Origin: Rickettsiales bacterium
GTDB taxonomy: Bacteria; Pseudomonadota; Alphaproteobacteria; Rickettsiales; UBA3002
Assembly (NCBI GenBank): GCA_046154225.1
Contig: JBJXEM010000006.1
Location: 46,124 to 110,123 of the forward strand
DNA: 64,000 nt
Reading direction: 5' to 3'
Each line of letters begins with the position of its first letter. The stretch's first letter is position 1. Below the pieces are notes generated by a model, which ran no database searches, was not told where the DNA came from, and saw nothing but the letters and a program-made list of their open reading frames with translations. Shown here in pieces: positions 1 to 7,339 of the stretch. The translations under genes and the position numbers were made by a program.

Positions 1-475
1 TGGTGGCGGCACGACTAGCCTTTTGTATGATGCGCTGGTGCGCCAGCAGAAGCTCGCAAGTAACGTCAGTGCGGGTTACGATCCACTGAATGTCGGCCCG
101 TCTTTGCTGCGCATCGATGCCGTGCCGGCCGCCGGTGTCTCGCTCACTCAGCTTGAGGCGGCACTCGATGCGGTGTTGGCTTCATCGCTCGCCACACCGC
201 TCGACGAAGCAACGCTTGCACGCGCCAAAACCCAGTTAAAAGCCCAGACTATTTTTGCGCAGGACGGCTTGCAGCCCCTCGCGCACCTCATCGGCGAGTT
301 GTATGCGCTGGGCCAGAACGAGCAATATTTTTACGACTGGGCTTCGCGTATCGAGCAGGTGAGTGCCTCGCAAATTCAGGCGGCGGCGAAAGCGGTCGTG
401 CAGGAAAATTACAGCGTGACTGGCACGCTTGAGCCCGCCATCGCTCCGGCTACGGAGGCACCGCATGCGCCGTAA
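1..475 (+). CDS. M16 (pitrilysin) family peptidase, C-terminal fragment; 5' end lies upstream of the window
   Basis: Frame 2 is open from base 2 (GGGTTSLLYDALVRQQKLA...), which resembles the conserved C-terminal-domain region of M16 peptidases. Stop at 473-475. It overlaps a paralogous M16 gene downstream by 11 nt. Confidence 0.7.
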   Translation, partial: GGGTTSLLYDALVRQQKLASNVSAGYDPLNVGPSLLRIDAVPAAGVSLTQLEAALDAVLASSLATPLDEATLARAKTQLKAQTIFAQDGLQPLAHLIGELYALGQNEQYFYDWASRIEQVSASQIQAAAKAVVQENYSVTGTLEPAIAPATEAPHAP

Positions 476-1808
476 TCTCAGTTTTATCCTCGCAGTGATG
501 CTGCTTTCCACCCCGGCTTTCGCCGCCATCGAGGTGGAAACGACGCGGCTCGGCCACGGCGTTTCGGTGTGGTACGCCGCCAACAACCGCGTGCCGGTGG
601 TTGATGTGGTGCTGAGTTTCGAAGGTGCCGGATCGGCCAGCGACGCCGAAGGAAAAAGTGGCCGCGCCGCCTTCGCCGCCTCGTTGCTGAACGAGGGTGC
701 TGGCGACCTCGACAGCGCCAGTTTTCAACGCACGCTTGAAGAACACGCGATTACCCTGCAAGCCAGCACCGACCACGACCGGCTGCAAGTGCATGTGCAT
801 TGCCTGCGCGAGGACGCGCCGCGCGCCGGTGAGTTGCTGGCGCTGGCACTCAGCCGCCCGCGCCTTGATCCCGCCGATCAGGCGCGCATCAAGGAAGAAC
901 TGGGCGGGTTACTACAGCGCCTGGACGAAAGTGCGGGCTATCAGGCACAGCGCCTGCTTGAGAAGCGCGCTTTCGCGGGGCATCCTTACGCCAGCCCGCC
1001 TTATGGCACGCCGGAATCCATTGCCGGACTCGACGGGCAGGATGTGCGCGATTTCATGAAAACCTACATCACGCGCGGCAACGTCACCGTCGCGGCGGCG
1101 GGCGATGTGGATTCGAGCCTGCTCGACCAGATGCTGGGGCCGGTGATCGAAGCGCTGCCGGAAAACGATGCGGGGGCGGTCGCAGTGACCCCCATCACGT
1201 TACAAGGTGGCGGTGAAAATTTGCAGCGTAGCATGCCGCTGCCGCAAAGTGTGGTGGTGTTTGCCGCACCCGCAATCGCGCGCGACGACAAACGTTTTTA
1301 TGCGGCGTACTTGTTGAATCATATCCTCGGCGGCAGCGCGCTCGACTCGCGGCTAGCGCAGTTACGCCGGCAAAACGGGCTGGTCTATAACATCGATACC
1401 GACCTCGATATCCGTAGCGGCAGCGTGTTTTTCTATGGGTCGCTCGCAACGCGTAACCACAGTGTCGAGGCGGCGATTGCCCAAGCCAAAACCGTGCTCG
1501 GCACCCTGCGCGAAAAAGGCGTGACCACGCAGGAATGCGCCGATGCAAAAAGTTATGTGCTGGGCGCGCTGCCACGTCAGCTCGATTCCAGCAGTGCCGT
1601 CACCAGTATGCTGCTCACCATGCAAATCCAGCATCTCGGGCGTGAGTATCTCGACGAGCGCACCACGCTGTTCAATCGCGTGTCGTGCGGCGACATCAAC
1701 ACGCTGGCGGCGGAATTGCTTGCGCCCGAACATTTCCTTTTTGCCACGGTGGGCGGCACAGCCGATGGCCCGGCACCCATGGCGGACGTGCCCGCCGACG
1801 CACGATGA
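465..1808 (+). CDS. M16-family peptidase-like protein, secreted, probably the non-catalytic partner subunit
   Basis: ATG 465 is preceded by GGAGG (455-459). Signal peptide MRRNLSFILAVMLLSTPAFAA. Two-domain M16 layout, but AASLLNEG sits where HxxEH would be. The 429 start in the ORF track lacks a ribosome-binding site. Confidence 0.7.
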   Translation: MRRNLSFILAVMLLSTPAFAAIEVETTRLGHGVSVWYAANNRVPVVDVVLSFEGAGSASDAEGKSGRAAFAASLLNEGAGDLDSASFQRTLEEHAITLQASTDHDRLQVHVHCLREDAPRAGELLALALSRPRLDPADQARIKEELGGLLQRLDESAGYQAQRLLEKRAFAGHPYASPPYGTPESIAGLDGQDVRDFMKTYITRGNVTVAAAGDVDSSLLDQMLGPVIEALPENDAGAVAVTPITLQGGGENLQRSMPLPQSVVVFAAPAIARDDKRFYAAYLLNHILGGSALDSRLAQLRRQNGLVYNIDTDLDIRSGSVFFYGSLATRNHSVEAAIAQAKTVLGTLREKGVTTQECADAKSYVLGALPRQLDSSSAVTSMLLTMQIQHLGREYLDERTTLFNRVSCGDINTLAAELLAPEHFLFATVGGTADGPAPMADVPADAR

Positions 1809-3031
1809 GCGCCGCCTGGCAGTGGCAGGATGCCGCCTGCTTTCAATCCTGCAGCGCCTCTACACAACAGCGCGCTGCGCAATGGTTGGCCGATGCGCCT
1901 GCACTGCAACAAAAGCTCGTGGCACTCGCCGCCGAACAGCCGCTACTTCACACCGCAAGCGACGCCACGATGCTGCAGCACATAGTGCAGCATGCGGCAC
2001 AACTGGCGCAGCATAGTCAACAACTGGTGGTGGTGGGTACGGGCGGTGCATCGCTCGGCGCGCAGGCGCTGTGTGCGCTTTCGGCCGACCCCACGCGCGT
2101 GCGGTTTTTGGAGAATTGCGACCCGGAAACGGTCGCACGTTTTATGCAACTGCCTTGCGAGCACACCGCGTGGTTGATCATCAGTAAATCCGGCGAAACG
2201 GTGGAAACACTGGCCGCCGCCCTCAGCCTCATTGGTACGCACGGGCCAGCGCTTGCTTCGCGCCTGATGGTCATTACCGCCAACTCGGACAGCACGTTGG
2301 GCCAGCTTGCGAAGCAACAACATTGGCCTATTCTGACGCACCCCGCACGGCTGGGCGGGCGGTTTTCGGTGTTCTCGGTGGTGGGGCTTTTGCCGTGTGC
2401 CTATGCGGGCCTCGACATCATGGCCATCGCGCAGGCGGCGCAAAAAATGCTGCAACAATTGTTGCAGCAACCGGACGTTACCTTATGGCGCCACGCCAGC
2501 TGGATTGCGGCCACCATGGCAGAAAAACCGCAGCAATTATTGATGGCCTATGCCGACCGCCTGCGCCCAGCGACGCAATGGTGGAAGCAGCTTTGGGCCG
2601 AAAGCCTGGGCAAACAGGGCCGTGGCCAGACGCCCATTACCGCCATCGGGTCGATCGACCAACATAGCCAACTCCAGCTCTATCTCGACGGCCCGCACGA
2701 CAAATTGGTAACGCTGTGGCTGCCCGATGCGGCTGGCCACGGCCCGATTCTGCCGACGATGACACTGCCCGGCCTGCACTATCTTGGTGGCCACACCATG
2801 GGCGACGTGATGCAGGCGACGGCCGAAGCCACAGTGAAAACCCTCACCGCCACTGGGGTGCCATTGCGCGTGTTGCGCGGCGAATTAAGCCCCGCCAGCA
2901 TGGCCGAGTGGATGGTAGCGCGCATGCTCGAAACCCTCGCCGTGTCGGTCCTCATCGCGGTCGACCCCTTTTCGCAGCCAGCGGTGGAGGAGGGCAAAAA
3001 GCTGGCACGCGCGGCCCTTGGTGCGGCGTGA
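1805..3031 (+). CDS. pgi: glucose-6-phosphate isomerase (short SIS-type PGI, 408 aa)
   Basis: PGI signatures ISKSGETVET and GGRFSVFSVVGLLP. ATG 1805 overlaps the upstream stop (ATGA). Confidence 0.75.
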   Translation: MSAAWQWQDAACFQSCSASTQQRAAQWLADAPALQQKLVALAAEQPLLHTASDATMLQHIVQHAAQLAQHSQQLVVVGTGGASLGAQALCALSADPTRVRFLENCDPETVARFMQLPCEHTAWLIISKSGETVETLAAALSLIGTHGPALASRLMVITANSDSTLGQLAKQQHWPILTHPARLGGRFSVFSVVGLLPCAYAGLDIMAIAQAAQKMLQQLLQQPDVTLWRHASWIAATMAEKPQQLLMAYADRLRPATQWWKQLWAESLGKQGRGQTPITAIGSIDQHSQLQLYLDGPHDKLVTLWLPDAAGHGPILPTMTLPGLHYLGGHTMGDVMQATAEATVKTLTATGVPLRVLRGELSPASMAEWMVARMLETLAVSVLIAVDPFSQPAVEEGKKLARAALGAA

Positions 3032-4845
3032 CCATTCGCCGCCTACCGCAAACGCTGGTGAACCAGATTGCCGCCGGGGAAGTGATTGAGCGCCCGGCCT
3101 CGGTGGTGAAAGAACTGGTCGAGAACGCGATTGATGCGGGCGCGACCGACCTCGACATCGCGCTCGAGCAAGGCGGCGTGACCCTCATCCGCGTGCGCGA
3201 TAATGGGCGCGGTATGGGGCCGGGCGAGCTGCCCCTCGCCATCGAGCGCCACGCCACCTCGAAACTGCCCGACGACGATTTACTGGCGATTCACCATCTC
3301 GGTTTTCGCGGCGAAGCGCTTCCTTCCATTGGCTCCGTCGCGCGCCTGACACTCAGTAGCCGCGCCCGTGGGGCCGCCGAGGCATGGAGCCTGAGCGTGG
3401 AAGGCGGCCACGTGCAGCCGCTGATGCCCACCGCCATGAGCGAAGGCACGCTGGTGGAAGTGCGCGATTTATTTTACGCGGTGCCGGCGCGGCTGAAATT
3501 TTTGAAATCGTCGCGCAGCGAAATCAATGCGGTCGTCGACATCATCGAGCGGCTCGCCATGGCTCACCCCGACATTCGCTTTCGCTTGAGCCACGATGGC
3601 CGCGCGTTGCGCGACTTTCCAGCCCTCACCCGCGATTTTTTAAGTGCGGGGCCCGAACGGCTGGAGAAAATCATCGGGCACGGATTCGCCGCCAATATCG
3701 CTAGCATCGACATGGAGCGCGAGGGCATTCGCCTGACGGGCTTTGCGGGCCTGCCCACGTTTCACCGCGCCACCTCGCAGTCGCAATATCTGTTCGTCAA
3801 CCGCCGCCCGGTGCGCGACCGGCTGCTGCTCGGCGTCATTCGCGCGGCCTATCAGGATTACCTCGCGCGCGACCGCCACCCCGTCGCCGTATTGTTTTTG
3901 GAAGTGCCGGGCGAGCAGGTGGATGTGAATGTCCACCCCGCTAAATCCGAAGTGCGGTTTCGCGATGCGAATGTGGTGCGCGGCCTGATGATCACCGCCC
4001 TGCGCCATGCCATTGGTGCCACCGCCCAGCGCGCGAGCACCACGGTGGCCGATGCGGCGCTGCAGGCGTTTCGCAGTGAGGGTTTAGGGTCTAGGGTTTG
4101 GGGTATAGAAAATGGCGTGCGGCCCCAAGTACTTTCCAATTCAACAACAGAATTTGCTGCACCGAATGCTGCATTGTGGCGTGGTGAACAATTGCCACCG
4201 CAGCATCGTTCTGCTGAGTCAAAATCATCGCACACTAACCCCTATACCCTAAACCCTAGCCCCTCATTCCCCCTCGGCGCTGCCGTCGCGCAGTTGCACC
4301 ACACCTACATTGTGGCACAAACCGCCGATGGGCTCGTCATCGTCGATCAACACGCGGCGCATGAACGGCTGATGTACGAGAAATTCAAGGCCGAACTGGC
4401 GGGCGAAGGAGTGCCGCGCCAAATGCTGCTGCTGCCTGAAGTGGTGGAGTTGAACGAGGCCGAAGCGCACCGCCTGCTTTCGCGGGCGGAGGAATGGGCG
4501 AAGCTGGGGCTGCTGCTGGAGCCATTCGGCGAGCGCACCGTGCTGGTGCGTGAAGTGCCCAGCATGTTTGGGGATGGCGACATTGCAGGGCTGGTGCGCG
4601 ACCTCGCCGAAGAAGTAAGCCTCTATGCCGAAGGCCTTGCGCTGGCCGATAAACTTGAAGCCATTTTAAGCCGCATGGCCTGCCATGGCAGCGTGCGCGC
4701 CGGGCGGGTCCTGAACCTCAACGAAATGAACGCCCTGCTGCGGCAGATGGAAGCGACGCCCTTCAGTGGCCAATGCAACCACGGACGGCCGACTTACGTT
4801 TCGCTCGCGAAGGCGGATGTCGAAAAGCTGTTTGGGCGGCGATGA
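3028..4845 (+). CDS. mutL: DNA mismatch repair protein MutL (605 aa) carrying a repeat-derived in-frame segment in the linker
   Basis: GHKL ATPase N-terminus (VNQIAAGEVIERPASVVKELVENAIDAG, DNGRGM). C-terminal endonuclease/dimerisation motifs (DQHAAHERLMYE, ACHGSVRAG). GTG 3028 overlaps the pgi stop (GTGA). The 2716 start in the track is frame read-through inside pgi. Confidence 0.9.
   Translation: MTIRRLPQTLVNQIAAGEVIERPASVVKELVENAIDAGATDLDIALEQGGVTLIRVRDNGRGMGPGELPLAIERHATSKLPDDDLLAIHHLGFRGEALPSIGSVARLTLSSRARGAAEAWSLSVEGGHVQPLMPTAMSEGTLVEVRDLFYAVPARLKFLKSSRSEINAVVDIIERLAMAHPDIRFRLSHDGRALRDFPALTRDFLSAGPERLEKIIGHGFAANIASIDMEREGIRLTGFAGLPTFHRATSQSQYLFVNRRPVRDRLLLGVIRAAYQDYLARDRHPVAVLFLEVPGEQVDVNVHPAKSEVRFRDANVVRGLMITALRHAIGATAQRASTTVADAALQAFRSEGLGSRVWGIENGVRPQVLSNSTTEFAAPNAALWRGEQLPPQHRSAESKSSHTNPYTLNPSPSFPLGAAVAQLHHTYIVAQTADGLVIVDQHAAHERLMYEKFKAELAGEGVPRQMLLLPEVVELNEAEAHRLLSRAEEWAKLGLLLEPFGERTVLVREVPSMFGDGDIAGLVRDLAEEVSLYAEGLALADKLEAILSRMACHGSVRAGRVLNLNEMNALLRQMEATPFSGQCNHGRPTYVSLAKADVEKLFGRR
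4080..4264. repeat. heptamer-array palindromic element (GGGTNTA units) located inside the mutL reading frame
   Basis: Left arm GGGTTTAGGGTCTAGGGTTTGGGGTATAG (4080-4108). Right arm TAACCCCTATACCCTAAACCCTAGCCCC (4236-4264), the inverse orientation of the same unit. Same arm type as the intergenic copy at 20128-20208. Boundaries are good to a few nt. Confidence 0.8.
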
Positions 4846-4847
4846 AA

Positions 4848-5631
4848 CTAAAATAGCTTCCGATACGTGAGATTGCATTGTTTAGTGCTGTCGGTAAGCC
4901 GATAACTCGCCACCAAATCATTATTAGCGCTACTGCCATCATCCGCTGCGGCACAGGCATTGTTCCAATAGCGGGCAATAAGTTTGCCTGAAGCGGGCTT
5001 GCCATCATCCAGCTTGGTGTCGATATTCCACGCTTCTTCCGGCTTTAATGGTGGCCCCGATGGTCCTGAAAGCTCAATAAAATTACCATAATCGAGCGCA
5101 TAGGCCGATGCATCACCAGGAAAATTTACGGCATGTGAAATATAATAGCCGCCATTCGTCAGTTTACTGCGCGGCGTTTCGGTTCCATAAGTGAAGGTGC
5201 CTGAAGCGTTGAGTAAGCCTGAATAGGTTCCCTCAATTAGCCCTGCCAAGATTAACTGTCTCCAGAATTGCAGACCCTCATCCGTGGCCCCGGCAACACC
5301 AGCAAAGTTTGTAGGTACTAACCCGTCACCATTGCCATCGCAGGTTCCGGCCGCCGAAGCGCCGCCGCACGCCGTGCTTTTACCCCAAAACGCCGTTGCG
5401 TTGGTCATATCGCCGGGGATGGCAAAATATTTATCACGAAACGTTTGGCTGGCGGTGTAAAAGCGTGAAAATTCCGTACTCACTGCTCGCAACTCCGCTG
5501 CGCGGATGAGTGATTGGCCAGCGAGAATACCTCCGGTGAGCAATCCAAGAATTACCAATACAATCGATAATTCAACGAGGCTGAACCCCAGTTTTAGCGG
5601 GGGGGGGGGGTAAATTCTGAATCGTTTTCAT
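4848..5631 (-). CDS. prepilin-type (type IV pilin / T2SS pseudopilin-like) protein, leader out of frame at a C12 tract
   Basis: The frame ending at 4848 encodes ...LKLG|FSLVELSIVLVILGLLTGGILAGQSLI (Gly-Phe cleavage site, Glu+5, hydrophobic helix) followed by a Cys-containing variable domain. The only ATG (5631, MKTIQNL) is out of frame by one base across the C12 run. With 11 or 14 C the product would read MKTIQNLPPPPLKLGFSLVELS.... The gene is visibly AT-richer than its neighbours. Confidence 0.75.
5599..5610. repeat. G12 (C12 on the coding strand) homopolymer inside the pilin leader
   Basis: Counted directly: 12 consecutive G at 5599-5610. Confidence 0.95.
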
Positions 5632-5668
5632 AAATAAATAATACATGTTATTTATCCCGCAATCAAGC

Positions 5669-7339
5669 TCAATGCCGAAAATGCCTCGTACACGTCATCA
5701 GCATGGCGATGCCGTGTTTCTTGGCAGCCGCGATGACTTCGGCGTCGCGCACTGAGCCGCCGGGCTGGATGAGGAGGGTGATGCCGGCAGCAGCGGCGAG
5801 CTCCACATTGTCGGCGAAGGGGAAAAATGCATCCGATGCTAAGGTCGCGCCGCGCGGGTCGTGCCCATGCTGGCGGGCTTTTTCGATGGCGATGCGCACG
5901 GAATCGACGCGCGACATTTGCCCGGCGCCAACGCCGATGGTGGCGCCGTTTTTCACCAGCACAATGGCGTTGGATTTGACGAATTTGACCACATGCCAGG
6001 CGAGGGCGGCATCGGCCATGGCGCTGGGATTAAGGGGGCCGCCGCTGGCTTGCGTCCATGCGCTGGCGGGGGTGGAAGTGCGGTCTTGCTGCTGTACCAA
6101 ATACCCACCGCTGATGGCCTGAATCATCCACCCAGCTAATGGCGAAGCGTGGGTTTCAGGCTGGCACACGAGCAGGCGCAGGTTCTTTTTTGCGGCCAGT
6201 TTTTCGCGCGCTTCGGCGGTGAATTCCGGCGCGACGATGACTTCTAAAAACAAACTGCCAATGGCCTCGACTAGTGCCACATCCACCGGTTGGTTGACGG
6301 CAAGGATACCGCCGAAGGCGCTGACGGGGTCGGACGCTAGGGCTTTGATGAAGGCGTCCACGGCTTTCGCGGCGATGGCAACGCCGCACGGATTTGCATG
6401 TTTAATCAGCACGGCGATAGCAGTTTCGTTAGCGACAGCATAACTGCTGGCAATCGCCCACGCCGCATTGGCATCGGCGAGGTTGTTGTAGCTGAGTTCC
6501 TTGCCTTGCAGCTGCTGCGCGTTTGCGATGCCGCCTTTGGCATCGAGCCGGTTGTACAGGGCGGCCGACTGATGCGGGTTCTCGCCGTAGCGCAGGGGTT
6601 GGCCGAGTGCGGCGTCGAGCAAGTAGGCGGGGAAGACTCCTCCCCCCATCGGGGGGAGGTTGGGCCTGCCGTCCGAAGCCTTGGCGTAGGATGGTGGGGG
6701 GCTGCCATGAGGCGCAGAGCTTGGTTCAGCCCCCCACCTAGCCCCCCCCCGATGGGGGGAGGAATTACCGAGCCAACTACTAATCAGTGTGTCGTAGCTG
6801 GCGCAGCGGGCGAAGGCTTTGGCGGCGAATTTTTTGCGTTCGGTGAGGGGGACAGCACCGCCATTTTGCTGCAGCAATTGTTGCAGCATTTCGTAGTCGG
6901 CGACATCGACCACGACGGTGACAGATTCATGGTTTTTGGCGGCCGCGCGAATCATGGCGGGGCCACCGATATCGATGTTTTCGACCAAATGGTCGTAGTC
7001 GGTGGTGGCGTTCAGGGTGGTTTCGAACGGGTAGAGATTCACCACCAGTAAATCGATCATGCCGATATTGTGGGCGTTCGCAGATTGCATATGCGAGGGC
7101 TCGCTGCGCCGTGCCAGCAACCCGCCATGGATGGCGGGGTGCAGGGTTTTTACGCGCCCGTCCATCATCTCGGGGAACTGCGTCACCTCCGCCACATCGC
7201 GCACGGGGATGCCTGCTTCCGCGAGGGTTTTAGCGGTGCCGCCGGTGGAAAGCAGTTCGATGCCTTGTGCCACCAGAAAATGCGCAAACGGAATCAGCCC
7301 GGTTTTGTCGGAGACGGAAAGAAGCGCGCGGCGGATCAT
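5669..7339 (-). CDS. purH: bifunctional AICAR formyltransferase / IMP cyclohydrolase PurH (556 aa) with a repeat-derived in-frame insertion in the interdomain linker
   Basis: N-terminal MGS-like domain (ALLSVSDKTGL, MDGRVKTLHP). AICARFT domain (LRYGENPHQ, KHANPCG, GAGQMSRVDS, C-terminal MTCTRHFRH). An extra segment of about 43 aa (NSSPHRGGARWGAEPSS...PPMGGG) lies between ISSWLG and VFPAYL. Confidence 0.92.
   Translation of the reverse strand: MIRRALLSVSDKTGLIPFAHFLVAQGIELLSTGGTAKTLAEAGIPVRDVAEVTQFPEMMDGRVKTLHPAIHGGLLARRSEPSHMQSANAHNIGMIDLLVVNLYPFETTLNATTDYDHLVENIDIGGPAMIRAAAKNHESVTVVVDVADYEMLQQLLQQNGGAVPLTERKKFAAKAFARCASYDTLISSWLGNSSPHRGGARWGAEPSSAPHGSPPPSYAKASDGRPNLPPMGGGVFPAYLLDAALGQPLRYGENPHQSAALYNRLDAKGGIANAQQLQGKELSYNNLADANAAWAIASSYAVANETAIAVLIKHANPCGVAIAAKAVDAFIKALASDPVSAFGGILAVNQPVDVALVEAIGSLFLEVIVAPEFTAEAREKLAAKKNLRLLVCQPETHASPLAGWMIQAISGGYLVQQQDRTSTPASAWTQASGGPLNPSAMADAALAWHVVKFVKSNAIVLVKNGATIGVGAGQMSRVDSVRIAIEKARQHGHDPRGATLASDAFFPFADNVELAAAAGITLLIQPGGSVRDAEVIAAAKKHGIAMLMTCTRHFRH
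6639..6762. repeat. G/C-hairpin-bounded palindromic element inside purH
   Basis: Terminal near-palindromes CCTCCCCCCATCGGGGGGAGG (6639-6659) and CCCCCCCCCGATGGGGGGAGG (6742-6762). Internal 11-bp stem GTGGGGGGCTG/CAGCCCCCCAC. Boundaries are approximate. Confidence 0.75.
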
